64,000 nt of DNA from Hormoscilla sp. GTDB lineage: Bacteria; Cyanobacteriota; Cyanobacteriia; Cyanobacteriales; Desertifilaceae. Below the pieces are notes generated by a model, which was not told the origin of the DNA, ran no database searches, and saw nothing but the letters and a program-made list of their open reading frames with translations. The DNA is taken from NCBI GenBank assembly GCA_051439505.1, contig JBFRWI010000135.1:61192-125191 (forward strand). Reading direction: 5' to 3'. Position numbers and translations under genes: made by a program. Below, piece by piece: positions 8,381 to 18,869 of this stretch (its first letter is position 1; each line of letters starts with the position of its first letter).

Positions 8381-8944
8381 CTATTTACCCAATATTTCAT
8401 CAACAGCAAACACCACATCCGGAAAAGCTTGAATAGTCACGGTGTCCCCAAACTCTAGCTTCTGCACATTCTGGTATCCGTTAACAGAAGGTTCGCGATA
8501 AACCTCAAGACATTGTTCGTTGACATTCACCAGCCAGACTTCCGGAATGTTATCTTCAGCATAGAGTGGGATTTTAACCTCCCGGTCTTTTCTAACAGTC
8601 GTATCTGCTACTTCTACTAACAAAAATACATCCTCTGGCCGAGGATGTCCTCCTTTATAAAAATCTGTTCGTCGTCGCAGCAATGCTAGATCTGGTTGCA
8701 GTTCGGATGTCTCGTCTAATTCTACAGGATTTTGGACTCTAACCGTTACCCTTGGAACTAAATGCAGAATAAATAATTCACTAAGACGGTTTACATAACC
8801 AGCATGTAATGGACTAATAGGCGACCTGTGGACAATTTCGCCTCGGATAAGTTCTACCCGATCGCACTCTTTCAAGATCCCCGCTGCTATCATTTTGTAG
8901 TATTCTTCTACCGTAAACAACCGCTTGACTAATGCTACAGACAT
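8381..8944 (-). CDS. Uma2-family PD-(D/E)XK endonuclease
   Basis: FTVEEY, VELIRGEI, QPD, LLVEVAD and YAEDNIPEVWLV motifs. Confidence 0.92.
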   Translation of the reverse strand: MSVALVKRLFTVEEYYKMIAAGILKECDRVELIRGEIVHRSPISPLHAGYVNRLSELFILHLVPRVTVRVQNPVELDETSELQPDLALLRRRTDFYKGGHPRPEDVFLLVEVADTTVRKDREVKIPLYAEDNIPEVWLVNVNEQCLEVYREPSVNGYQNVQKLEFGDTVTIQAFPDVVFAVDEILGK

Positions 8945-9038
8945 TATCACCTCCAGAATAGCATTTTAATTTAAAATAAAAACTTAACAGACTAACCTAA
9001 AGTTGCTTTTATTTGTCGCAACTTTTTATAAAATGCTA

Positions 9039-9095
9039 TTAGTCGGTTTTAACCGACTTTAGCTATTAGCCGGGGGTTTGAACCCCCGGCGGGCT
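9039..9095. repeat. Double-hairpin REP-like element (inverted copy at ~32430-32486, partial copy at ~8330-8360)
   Basis: TTAGTCGGTTTTAACCGACT...GCCGGGGGTTTGAACCCCCGGCGGGCT. Confidence 0.85.
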
Positions 9096-9118
9096 AACAA
9101 CGAAGCGAGAAAATTATA

Positions 9119-9172
9119 TTAACCCAAGATTTCATCCGTAAACAATCGAATTGGCAATTCTACTGACATCAT
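9119..9172 (-). pseudogene. Internally deleted Uma2 paralog (17-codon remnant)
   Basis: MMSVELPIRLFT-DEILG* matches the two termini of the neighbouring Uma2; GGAGG RBS and downstream flank are duplicated as well. Confidence 0.8.
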
Positions 9173-9187
9173 CACCTCCCGAAAATT

Positions 9188-10126
9188 TTACCTTGACGAC
9201 TTCATTTCATTATAGGCTGCATAGACTGCCTTGACATTATACCAATTCAGAAAAATTCTCGCCACTTCCAAGGCTAACTGGGATTTTCCCCGATCGATCG
9301 CCCATTGCAACCCGGGGGCGATCGACCGTTCGTTCAGCCTCCCACCCAAGGATAGCATACCCCAGAGGAACAGATGCAACCAGGTCATTTGAATCATCAT
9401 TCGGACTTCCCAGGTAGGATGTTTTTGATAGAACAAAACCCCCATCCGTCCCCGTTGGATTTCCCGATCGATCATCCCCGGAATTTGGTCCAGGGCGAAG
9501 GGAGGATGCCAGTGATAGCCGACTGCTTCTGGACATTTGATCAGTTTTAATCCCATTTTGTTTAGTCTCACCCCCAGTTCTAAGTCTTCCCAGCCATAAA
9601 GTTGAAACCTGGGGTCGAATAACCCTGCTTCTAATAACCATTTGCGGGCAATAGCGACATTTCCCGTAGCAAAATAGGCAGCAGAAAAATCAGTAATCTT
9701 GTATCGTTCCGATGTAGGATCCTCGAAGTTGCAGGTGTTCACCACCCGACCGTAGGTAAACAGGCGATCGCTTCCTAATTTCTCTCGTCCCCGCAGCAGT
9801 GCATCAGCATGGGATTGCAGGAAAGTTTCCGTAACCACTAGATCGCTATCAATAAAGACGATCGTATCCCCTTGGGCCGATTCTACACCCAGATTGCGGG
9901 CCGCTGCAGGTCCTTGGTGCCCCTGACTGAGCGATCGCGCGTGGGGGAATTCAGTTGCACGGGACTCCAACCAGGGCAAAGTCTCATCTGTCGAACCATC
10001 ATCGACCACCACAACTTCATAACCAGTAACAGCAGCATTAGTAAATTGCTGCCGTTCTAAGGCTTTCAGGCCCTTGGACAGAATCGGCAAGCGATTATAC
10101 GTAGGAATGACAACGCTAAAAAACAC
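9188..10126 (-). CDS. Glycosyltransferase family 2
   Basis: SVVIPTYN, VVDDGSTD, FIDSD and GWEDLE motifs; start uncertain. Confidence 0.92.
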   Translation of the reverse strand: MFFSVVIPTYNRLPILSKGLKALERQQFTNAAVTGYEVVVVDDGSTDETLPWLESRATEFPHARSLSQGHQGPAAARNLGVESAQGDTIVFIDSDLVVTETFLQSHADALLRGREKLGSDRLFTYGRVVNTCNFEDPTSERYKITDFSAAYFATGNVAIARKWLLEAGLFDPRFQLYGWEDLELGVRLNKMGLKLIKCPEAVGYHWHPPFALDQIPGMIDREIQRGRMGVLFYQKHPTWEVRMMIQMTWLHLFLWGMLSLGGRLNERSIAPGLQWAIDRGKSQLALEVARIFLNWYNVKAVYAAYNEMKSSR

Positions 10127-10324
10127 AACAATCAAACAATTGGCAAAATCACCAATATTTTAGACCGCCCAGGGGCGACCGGCCCCGATCGCCCCCAAAG
10201 AAATCCTGTAAGCCTTTCCCCGTAAGCATTTCGGGCCTCAGCAGAAAAAAAGTTCCCAGGGAGATACTTATTTGCTCGCGACCAGATACAATAGCGGATT
10301 AGTCGTTTTTGAGAATGATCGTCT

Positions 10325-11527
10325 ATGGGTCGCGCTACTAAAGTGGTACTCGCCTATTCTGGCGGAGTCGATACATCCGTCTGCATCCCCTATCTCAAGC
10401 AGGAGTGGGGCGTCAAAGAAGTAATTACCCTCGCCGCAGACTTGGGACAGGGTGATGAATTAGGACCAATTCAAGAAAAAGCCCTCAAAGCAGGTGCTAG
10501 CGAATCTCTCGTTGTTGATGCCAAAGAGGAGTTTGTCACAAATTACGCCTTTCCCGCAATTCAGGCCAATGCCCTCTATGAAAATCGCTATCCCCTCTCC
10601 ACCTCCCTCGCCCGTCCCCTGATAGCTAAGCTGTTGGTAGAAGCAGCGGCAAAATATGGCGCAGATGCGATCGCCCACGGTTGTACTGGCAAAGGTAACG
10701 ATCAAGTGCGCTTCGATGTCTCCACAACCGCCCTCAACCCCCAATTGAAAATCCTGGCCCCCGCCCGAGAATGGGGATTTTCCCGCGAACAAACCATCGA
10801 ATATGGCGAACGCTTCGGCATTCCTTCACCTGTCAAAAAGAAATCTCCCTACAGTATCGATCGCAACTTATTAGGGCGGAGTATTGAAGCAGGTCCATTG
10901 GAAGATCCCATGACGGAACCGCCAGAGGAAGTTTATCTGATGACAAAGGCGATCGCCGACACCCCCGACAGTCCCGAATATGTAGAAATTGGGTTCGAGA
11001 AGGGCATTCCCACCACAATTAACAGTGAAACCCTGGCCCCCGTGGCCCTAGTGAGCAAACTCAACGAAATCGTCGGGAATCACGGTTTCGGGCGCATCGA
11101 CATGATCGAGAACCGCTTAGTCGGGATCAAATCGCGGGAAATTTACGAAGTCCCCGGGTTATTAGTATTAATCCAAGCCCACCAGGACTTAGAAAGTTTA
11201 ACCTTAACCGCAGATGTCACGCAATACAAGCGGGGCATCGAAGAAACCTACAGCAAACTGGTGTATAACGGACTTTGGTACAGTCCCCTGAAAGCAGCAA
11301 TAGATGCCTTTATTCAACAAACCCAGGAACGAGTCACGGGGACAGTGCGGGTGAAATTGTTTAAGGGAACAGCAACCATTGTGGGACGCAAGTCAGAGAA
11401 TTCCCTTTACAGTTCCGATCTGGCGACCTATGGAGAAGAAGATCAGTTCGATCACAAAGCAGCGGAAGGATTTATCTACGTTTGGGGATTGCCAACTCGC
11501 GTTTGGTCCGAGAAAATGAAGGGATAG
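10325..11527 (+). CDS. argG: Argininosuccinate synthase
   Basis: [23 protein letters not shown] and [14 protein letters not shown] motifs. Confidence 0.98.
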   Translation: MGRATKVVLAYSGGVDTSVCIPYLKQEWGVKEVITLAADLGQGDELGPIQEKALKAGASESLVVDAKEEFVTNYAFPAIQANALYENRYPLSTSLARPLIAKLLVEAAAKYGADAIAHGCTGKGNDQVRFDVSTTALNPQLKILAPAREWGFSREQTIEYGERFGIPSPVKKKSPYSIDRNLLGRSIEAGPLEDPMTEPPEEVYLMTKAIADTPDSPEYVEIGFEKGIPTTINSETLAPVALVSKLNEIVGNHGFGRIDMIENRLVGIKSREIYEVPGLLVLIQAHQDLESLTLTADVTQYKRGIEETYSKLVYNGLWYSPLKAAIDAFIQQTQERVTGTVRVKLFKGTATIVGRKSENSLYSSDLATYGEEDQFDHKAAEGFIYVWGLPTRVWSEKMKG

Positions 11528-11928
11528 AATTATGAGCAAACCCAGCCATTAGGCTGGGTAAAGCCGTTCGTAGTAAAGACGTAGGGTGGGCACCGCCCAC
11601 CATCGCTCGGTTAAGCTAACTGTGAATGTGTAAATATTTTTTTTCACCTACTTAACGCCTCCAAAAAGCGATTCGTCCGTTGAAATCTGCCATTTCTCTG
11701 TTCAAACATTTGTCCGGCGATCGCCCGTTCTCCAATATTTGCCATCCCCCGGTTTCGCCTCGAATTATATATATCTTCCAAATAAGCCTCATTTTACTTA
11801 CCTTGACGGTAATATTTTATTAACTTATTTTAAGTTTTAAGCGCTCGTCTATAGAAAGTATAAAATTACCGGTTGCAGCTCTTAACTGATGGCAAAATTA
11901 GTTGTGAAGGTTGGAGGAGGTATTCGAC

Positions 11929-12324
11929 ATGCTAAACTATACAACAAACCTTGTAAGTCTAGATCCTGAATCCCTGGTAGATGTCTACCGTTGCACCAAG
12001 GGAGGATTAGAGTGGTGTGCTGGTGGATGGGAAAGCAAGGGTTGCCTTCCGTTGGCAGAGGCACTCGCTATCTGTAGGGAACATCCCGACTATGAAATCT
12101 GGCAAGTCCCTATATCCGACAACCCTTGGACTGTATGGAATTACTTCCAGCATTTTCCCGATCGCTTTATACCAGAAATTTGTAGCTGCTCCCTAGATGC
12201 GGCCAAAAATGCTGAAAAACAATTAGCAACCGCAACCGCGATCGCCCTTTCTGCTTTCTGGAGAAAAAGACTGCCAGGGACTGGAGATCTCCAACCAGAT
12301 TCCTTCGCAACAGTCCAGTTGTAG
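11929..12324 (+). CDS. Hypothetical protein
   Basis: ORF with GGAGGAGG RBS before ATG 11929. Confidence 0.6.
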   Translation: MLNYTTNLVSLDPESLVDVYRCTKGGLEWCAGGWESKGCLPLAEALAICREHPDYEIWQVPISDNPWTVWNYFQHFPDRFIPEICSCSLDAAKNAEKQLATATAIALSAFWRKRLPGTGDLQPDSFATVQL

Positions 12325-12333
12325 CTGCAACTG

Positions 12334-12954
12334 TTAGGAAACGTTCCCCTTTCTCGACTCCCACCAAATCGGCACAACAATCCAGGCAATCACCAGCAAT
12401 AAAGCCCCGACGGCAAATTCAGCCACCCAAGCCACCAATTTCTCTAGAGGCACAATTCGTCCGACAAAGAACGACAAACTTACCATCACGCTGGCCCACA
12501 TAGTGGCCCCCGCCGCGTTACACAGCAAAAATAATCCGTAGGGCATTTCCGCAATGCCCGCGATCGGTCCTGCAAAAATACGTAGCAAGGCCACAAATCT
12601 CCCCAGAAACACGGCTCTGGCGGCGTTGAGGCTGAACTGGTGTTTCACCTCTAACAGCTGCTGTTCGCTGATGCGGAATAGCTTACCCACCCGCAACAAA
12701 ACTGGCCAACCGCCATATCTGCCGATCCAGTAACCGCAGTTATCCCCCAGGACAGCACCAGCGATCGCCACCCCCAGCACCCACCAGTAATTCAACTCAC
12801 CGCTGCCAGCCAAAAACCCACCCACGAGGGTAATGGTTTCCCCTGGCAGAGGCACCCCCGTATTTTCCAGCATGATTCCCAGAAACACTGCCCAGTAGCC
12901 GTATTGATGGGCGATTTCCTTGATTGTCTCCAGTGACAAAAAATCTAATGACAT
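12334..12954 (-). CDS. DedA-family membrane protein
   Basis: ENTGVPLPGE, GDNCGYWIGR and FLGRFVALLR motifs. Confidence 0.93.
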   Translation of the reverse strand: MSLDFLSLETIKEIAHQYGYWAVFLGIMLENTGVPLPGETITLVGGFLAGSGELNYWWVLGVAIAGAVLGDNCGYWIGRYGGWPVLLRVGKLFRISEQQLLEVKHQFSLNAARAVFLGRFVALLRIFAGPIAGIAEMPYGLFLLCNAAGATMWASVMVSLSFFVGRIVPLEKLVAWVAEFAVGALLLVIAWIVVPIWWESRKGNVS

Positions 12955-13326
12955 TATTCTGCTATTTTTTGACAAATCTTTACATTATAGCTATTTTCGC
13001 GCAGTTTGGCAGTTTCTGGCAAACAAATCAATAATTTTTTCCCAAAAACCTGTATGTATATGAAGATTGTGCAAACTTCTTCAACGCAACCAGACGCTCC
13101 GATGGTTTGAGGCTTATATTGCAAACATCAGTCATAACATCAAAGACTCGCCCTGCTAGCTTAGCTTTCGGTCTAGCTTTAAGGAAAGGGATGAGTTGAT
13201 TTTGTAGAACTATATAGGTTAGATGTCAACAAGATTAAAACGCGAACCTTAATGACGTGGCGCTTGTGCGCTAGCAAACAAACATAATTGACACCGCAAA
13301 GGAGATTTATACAAGGAGGCAAAACC

Positions 13327-13692
13327 ATGATAACTAAGCCACTTAATCATACATATGTACTCAGACCTCAAGGGCGTCTAGACCTTCATGGCGGCGAATT
13401 ATTGCAGCAACAGCTGAGGTCGCTCCCCCGAGATTACTATCCTCTATGGATTATCGATCTCTCAGGCATAGACTTTATCGATACATCTGGTTTAGGTTCC
13501 TTGATTTCGGGACTAAATCTTTCCCGTCAACATCAATGCCGTCTCGTCCTCTGCAATCTCCAAGCGGCAGCTAGGCTAATTTTTGAAATCACCCAGCTCG
13601 ATCGGGTATTTGAAATCTTCGATAGTTACGACAGCTTTCTACTAACCATCAATGAACCCATCAACCCTGTTCCGGTTTTGGTAGCAGCCTGA
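13327..13692 (+). CDS. STAS-domain anti-sigma factor antagonist
   Basis: GRLD, IDLSGIDFIDTSGLG, IFEITQLD; AGGAGG RBS. Confidence 0.9.
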   Translation: MITKPLNHTYVLRPQGRLDLHGGELLQQQLRSLPRDYYPLWIIDLSGIDFIDTSGLGSLISGLNLSRQHQCRLVLCNLQAAARLIFEITQLDRVFEIFDSYDSFLLTINEPINPVPVLVAA

Positions 13693-13836
13693 TACTATCA
13701 TATTATAGCTAGTAGGGATCGATCGCCTCACCCCACAGCTGAGCGATCGCATCAGGCCAGCAAGAAGCCTCATGCGATCGGCCTACTGCCATAATAGATG
13801 GTACTGAAAATAAAAACTGCAAAATCGCCCACAACC

Positions 13837-14403
13837 TCATGTTTTTTCTAGTTTTGCCATCTTGGGAGCGTCAGCATCTAAAGGAGGGAAAGAAGGTAAA
13901 TCGATCGCGCTACGGGTTTTGAGAGCCAGACGGTAACTCACACTTTGCAATTCGGCATGGAGTTGACGGTTTTCCCGTTGCAGCATATCCAGTCTTTCTT
14001 TTACCGGTTCTATTCGTTCGGCAAACTTCTGGCGATAGATGTGAGGCAATTCCTGCACCGCCATTTCCAACATCTGACTGCGATCGGTCAATTCCTGTAC
14101 TGTATGCCGCAATTGGTAAATTTCCGCATCCCGAGAGGCAATTTGTTCTTGATAAAATCCGATCTGTTCGGAAAAGCCTCGTAACTGTTCTTGCAGAGCC
14201 TCAATTTGGGCCATATCCCCTGCGGTTTCCGATGGATCGGGCATAAAACTAGCATTGCCTTTCACCAACCGGAAAAGCTCTTGAGACAATTGTTGTACTA
14301 GCTGGTCTCGCATCTGTAACTCTGCGCGCAAGTGAGTTACTTCTGCTTGTAGCTGTTCGAGATTAACAGCATTATCGTCAGTAATATCAGTCACCAATTT
14401 CAT
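13837..14403 (-). CDS. Conserved cyanobacterial coiled-coil protein (Npun_F5560-like)
   Basis: RDQLVQQLSQELFRLVKGN motif; heptad composition. Confidence 0.75.
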   Translation of the reverse strand: MKLVTDITDDNAVNLEQLQAEVTHLRAELQMRDQLVQQLSQELFRLVKGNASFMPDPSETAGDMAQIEALQEQLRGFSEQIGFYQEQIASRDAEIYQLRHTVQELTDRSQMLEMAVQELPHIYRQKFAERIEPVKERLDMLQRENRQLHAELQSVSYRLALKTRSAIDLPSFPPLDADAPKMAKLEKT

Positions 14404-14409
14404 GCTCCG

Positions 14410-15414
14410 TTAACTGACTGCCCCATAGTCTTTTATCTTCTCTTCCCTTCGACGTGCCTGTGATGCACGACGGATATCTCGCCAAATAGCCGTTGCCGCT
14501 AACGTCCCATCTGCCACCGCAACTGACACTTGATTGATACCCACTTTTAAGTCTCCCAGGGCAAATAAACGAGGATGAGAAGTACGACACATATCATAGG
14601 TAACCAAGTTATTGCCCTGCCACTCCAGATCCAGCCCCTGGAGATATTCATTGTGGTAGTGAGAACCCATCGCCACCAGTCCCGTTTCCAGTTCAACTGT
14701 CGAGCCATCGGCCAGTTCTACCCCAGTCATTTCATGATTATGCCCCAAAAATCGCTTGATGGGCTGCTCAACTAGGGGATAGCCATGTTCTGCCAGTTTC
14801 TGACGCATTTCCCTACCGACGGCAAACAACCCCTGAGTAAACACCGTGATGTACGGGGTAAACCAATTCAAGACAAAAGCTGTATCGATCGCGCTTTCCG
14901 AACCAACGAACAACCCACAATTCTTATCCGCCATCTCGTAACCGTCACAGATCATGCAGACATGGAGATTGTATCCAGCATAGTCATAGACATTCTGCAT
15001 ATCTGGTACCTGGGGAAGACGATCGATGATGCCACTGGCGGCGATCAGGTATTTAGAGCGAAATACTGCATTAATGCTATCTTTCTTACCAATCTTCACC
15101 TTAACTGCAAAATTTTCCCCTTCATCTGAGACTTCTTCGACATAACCCCGTAGATGATCGCCCTCCAGAGATAGGAAATGTTTCTCTCCCTGTTGCAACA
15201 TGGTACGCCCTGGTGTATCTGGAGGCAAACCCAGGTAATTTCTCAAGTCCTGCATCCAGAAAGAACGCCCCCGCCCTTTTTCGATTACCAAACAGTTCAG
15301 GCGATATCGCTGTAGGTAAATCGCCGCTGACAGTCCCCCGGCACCACCCCCGACCACGATCGCATCGTATAAATGGGATAACCGCTGGTCTAAGTTATTC
15401 TTGGATAGCTTCAT
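14410..15414 (-). CDS. NAD(P)/FAD-dependent oxidoreductase, thioredoxin-reductase-like
   Basis: GGGAGG, CMICDGYE and ALGD motifs. Confidence 0.9.
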   Translation of the reverse strand: MKLSKNNLDQRLSHLYDAIVVGGGAGGLSAAIYLQRYRLNCLVIEKGRGRSFWMQDLRNYLGLPPDTPGRTMLQQGEKHFLSLEGDHLRGYVEEVSDEGENFAVKVKIGKKDSINAVFRSKYLIAASGIIDRLPQVPDMQNVYDYAGYNLHVCMICDGYEMADKNCGLFVGSESAIDTAFVLNWFTPYITVFTQGLFAVGREMRQKLAEHGYPLVEQPIKRFLGHNHEMTGVELADGSTVELETGLVAMGSHYHNEYLQGLDLEWQGNNLVTYDMCRTSHPRLFALGDLKVGINQVSVAVADGTLAATAIWRDIRRASQARRREEKIKDYGAVS

Positions 15415-15534
15415 CGCCTTTATTCCTTATATCCTACCTTAACGCTAGCTTATCGTTCGCCCATACTTAAAATATAATTTATATCGGCCAACTCTTGCTG
15501 CTGGACGACCGGCTGCCACAGACCGGTGACTAAC

Positions 15535-15632
15535 AAATTCAAAATTCAAAATTCAAAATTCAAAATGGGGAAATTAATTGATTCTTGGGTTTCAGCATTT
15601 GGATCCATGCAATTTAAATGCGCGACAGCTTA
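15535..15632 (-). repeat. (AAAATTC)n tract plus dispersed element end
   Basis: Same layout, inverted, at 59555-59652; related sequence at ~47325-47397. Confidence 0.75.
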
Positions 15633-15913
15633 GCATCAGCGGTTACCAGTCACCAATGTTATGAAATCGGTTCTAGATATCCCGTCCCGCCGAGTCTGCC
15701 AGCCCAAAAATCAAGCCTATCTCTGCTAGTCTAGCGAATAGGAGCAATTTATATCTAATATCTGACTTAATCGCCTTTTTTCAATTTGCGATTTTCAATT
15801 TTTAATTTTTAATGCTATGCTCAGCACCTCTCAATTGCATGAGGAGCGTAAATTAAGCATTTCTCTTCGGGAAGTGCGATCGAGCATCTATTGCTGAAAC
15901 CATTATGATGTAT

Positions 15914-16236
15914 GGGTGTGGTCATGCATAGAGTTGGTTCCGATCCCCCCCAAACCCCCCCTTTTTAAGCTTACCATTACGAACATAATTCTTTACAATC
16001 TTGAAAGCCTTATGAGGCAATGGTTTCGAGGTCTGACGACAGCAGATGGCTTGACTTTTACCACCATCTATGCTGCCGACTGGAAACCCCCCCTCTCCCT
16101 GCTCCCTGCTCCCTGCTCCCTGCTATTTGAGAAATGTTAAGAAATATGTGAGTAAGGCATAGCTTTTTAAGGGGGGTTTGGGGGGATCCGGCGACTGGGA
16201 GGGCCCTAGAACTATCAACGGGTTTTGACCACACCC
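15914..16236. mobile_element. MITE family A with a nested element
   Basis: TIR GGGTGTGGTCA with TSD ATGATGTAT; nested 15970-16162 flanked by the 9-bp duplication CTTTTTAAG. Confidence 0.9.
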
Positions 16237-16322
16237 ATGATGTATGGAATTCAGCCGACATGATTTGGCAGATAGGCCGATCGCATCAATCTGAGAAACG
16301 ACGAAGACGAGAATCAAGATTA

Positions 16323-16448
16323 GGCGTTGCACTTCGACACCGACGACCGGTGATCGTGGCCATGACGTGACCACGTGCCATGCCGACTGACAATTGACCA
16401 ATGACAACCGACAACTGACAAGCATCATCCCCGATCGGGTGCAACGCC
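16323..16448. mobile_element. MITE family B (TIR GGCGTTGCAC), degenerate
   Basis: GGCGTTGCAC...GTGCAACGCC; TSD not preserved. Confidence 0.7.
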
Positions 16449-16454
16449 CGCCGA

Positions 16455-16784
16455 TTATACCGACTCTGATTCTGGAGTCTCTTTGTCGGACTTGACCTCC
16501 TGCTTAATGGTAAGATAGCGAATCACATCCTCACTGAGGCGCATAGAACGCTCCAGAACGGCGATCGCACTTCCATCGGCAGTGTAATTCATTTGGATAT
16601 AGACACCCTCTCGTTGTTTTTTAATCTCATAGGCCAGACGGCGCTTACCCCGGTGCTGGGTTTCGGTGATTTCCGCGCCCATATCACGCAGCAGGGTTTG
16701 ATACTTCTCGATCGCCCGCTCGGTCAATTCCTCGCCCAAATCAGGACGCAGGATGTACATTGTTTCGTAAAGGTAACGTTTCAT
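16455..16784 (-). CDS. rpsF: 30S ribosomal protein S6
   Basis: [23 protein letters not shown] and EDVIRYL motifs. Confidence 0.97.
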   Translation of the reverse strand: MKRYLYETMYILRPDLGEELTERAIEKYQTLLRDMGAEITETQHRGKRRLAYEIKKQREGVYIQMNYTADGSAIAVLERSMRLSEDVIRYLTIKQEVKSDKETPESESV

Positions 16785-17007
16785 CGATGGTAGATTCTCC
16801 TTATGGACGAGATGGCTTCCCCGACAGCAGTATCCGAGTCGGTAACTCCGATCGCAGAAGCAAGGGAATTTCTATTGTATATTGTCAAAGCCAGAATATT
16901 CCGACTAAAATCACAACCAAATCTATTTTTGCCCCACACCCTGCCGAGCACCGCCGGTGAGGTGACGGTCAAAAATCAAGTATATAGAATGCCCCGGAGC
17001 TGAGGTT

Positions 17008-17793
17008 ATGGCGCAACGCTACGTCCGAGTGCAAACGACAGAAGGACAGATTTACTACGGGTTGCTGCAACTGAACCGACAGGTGCAGGTACTGGATGCT
17101 CCCCCGTGGTTGCAAGGTCAACCGACCAATCTGTCCCTAGAGTACGAACAGTACCAGGTTCTCGCCCCCTGTGCCCCTTCTAAGATTGTGGCGGTAGGTA
17201 AAAATTATGCCCAACATGCAGCTGAGATGGGAACAGATGTCCCAAAGGAGCCCTTGTTATTTCTCAAGCCATCCACTACAGTGATACCAGCCGGTAGTCC
17301 CATCCGTTATCCATCTCAATCCCAGCGAGTAGACTATGAAGGTGAATTGGCTGTGGTGATCGGCGATCGTTGTCTAGATTGTACCCCCGAGCAAGCTCAG
17401 GCAAAGATTTGGGGCTACACGATCGCTAATGATGTCACTGCCAGAGATCTACAGAAGCGGGACGGTCAGTGGACACGGGCCAAGGGCTTTGATACCTTCT
17501 GCCCTCTCGGTCCTTGGGTCGTGAGAGAATTAAGTCCGGGTGCCCGATTGCAAACCTACCTCAATGACAGCGATCGTCCCGTCCAATCTGTCTCCATTGA
17601 CGATATGGTATTTTCACCTGATTTTCTCGTCTCCTACATCTCTGGGATCATGTCCCTGTTACCAGGGGATGTGATCTTGACTGGTACCCCAGCCGGAGTA
17701 GGCCCCATGCAGATGGGCGATCGGGTGCGGGTGGAAATCGAAGGCATCGGCTTCCTGGAAAATCACGTTATAGCTCGCACAGTCACGCCCTAA
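17008..17793 (+). CDS. Fumarylacetoacetate hydrolase family protein
   Basis: VGKNYA.H, DYEGEL, NDVTARD, KGFDTFCPLGP and LTGTPAG motifs. Confidence 0.93.
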   Translation: MAQRYVRVQTTEGQIYYGLLQLNRQVQVLDAPPWLQGQPTNLSLEYEQYQVLAPCAPSKIVAVGKNYAQHAAEMGTDVPKEPLLFLKPSTTVIPAGSPIRYPSQSQRVDYEGELAVVIGDRCLDCTPEQAQAKIWGYTIANDVTARDLQKRDGQWTRAKGFDTFCPLGPWVVRELSPGARLQTYLNDSDRPVQSVSIDDMVFSPDFLVSYISGIMSLLPGDVILTGTPAGVGPMQMGDRVRVEIEGIGFLENHVIARTVTP

Positions 17794-17832
17794 GTTCCGA
17801 GCTTGGGATCTGCCGGTTGTAACAATCAGATG

Positions 17833-18309
17833 CTAACGGACTTGCATGCGAGCTGCTTCACTGATCAAAGGTATTTCCGAGTCACGCCCCATGACTGACG
17901 ACACGACTGCATACAGGCAGGCGATGACAATCGCCAGAAATATTGTATTGTAAAGCGTTTCTACCACCAAAGGCACAGCAATGGCATTAGCCAAGAAAGG
18001 TACAACCAGACTACAGAGAATCAAAGCGATGTCGATCAGAATCGCCTGCATGGTGTTCAAGCGAATAAAGTAGTTGATGTCAGTATTTCTGACTACCAGT
18101 AAAAATAAAGCAAAGAAAATAATCAGCCCTGCAAATGGCACGCCACGGTAAATTTGCAGCAAAGGCACCAGTGGCAGAAAAATTACTCTCAGAACTGGAA
18201 ACTGCCTAAATAAGAATTCGCCAAACCCCAGTCCATCCATTAAGGGCAGCAAATAAGGCAGGGCCGCAAAAATCCGGTCCCGTACAGTTGTAGATCCTTG
18301 CCAAGTCAT
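17833..18309 (-). CDS. Tic20/Ycf60-family membrane protein
   Basis: RIFAALPYLLPL and FIRLNTMQAILIDI motifs. Confidence 0.9.
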   Translation of the reverse strand: MTWQGSTTVRDRIFAALPYLLPLMDGLGFGEFLFRQFPVLRVIFLPLVPLLQIYRGVPFAGLIIFFALFLLVVRNTDINYFIRLNTMQAILIDIALILCSLVVPFLANAIAVPLVVETLYNTIFLAIVIACLYAVVSSVMGRDSEIPLISEAARMQVR

Positions 18310-18408
18310 GATAATATATCCTCTCCAAGCAGTTGCAGCAGTTAGTTAACCTTTAACATCTACAATAGCGCAACTCCAGGGAATCATCAGCCTGGCCTGT
18401 TGACCCTT

Positions 18409-18606
18409 CTATTCCACCTTGGCCACTCGAAATCCCATTTGACATTCATACTGATCTGGTTGCTGAGGAGCCAGTTTCTGAAGAGCTTGACCGCAACGCA
18501 GCTGGCCGCCATGCCAGCGGGGTTCGCCCCGGCGATCGGCAAGTAAACAGCCTTGACAAACTATTTTGGGAGCGAGGATTTGATCGTCTATTAACATTAC
18601 TAACAT
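18409..18606 (-). CDS. Small conserved cyanobacterial Cys-containing protein
   Basis: CQGCLLAD..G.PRW...L.CG...YECQMGFR; GGAGG RBS. Confidence 0.75.
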   Translation of the reverse strand: MLVMLIDDQILAPKIVCQGCLLADRRGEPRWHGGQLRCGQALQKLAPQQPDQYECQMGFRVAKVE

Positions 18607-18869
18607 GCTTACCTCCAGTACCTCTCTACGAGGCTACTAAGTTTATTTTAAGTGGGTAGTTGTTTAAAGTGGTGTTAATCTATACATAACTTAACATCAG
18701 CGCCGATGGGATTGGGTAAATCTGCTAGCACGTGGAATCAGGGTAATTAGATCCCGATCGCCGGAAAGTCCTTCGTTTTCAGTTATGATGGTTGACTCAG
18801 GAGACCATTGGTGCTTGCGATCGCCGATAGAGGAACCTGAAATTGTGAGTTTAAGGAAAAAAGCTGAGA

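Noticed and set aside
13090..13280. Possible riboswitch upstream of the STAS gene
   Set aside because: Some hairpin potential but no recognisable riboswitch consensus by eye
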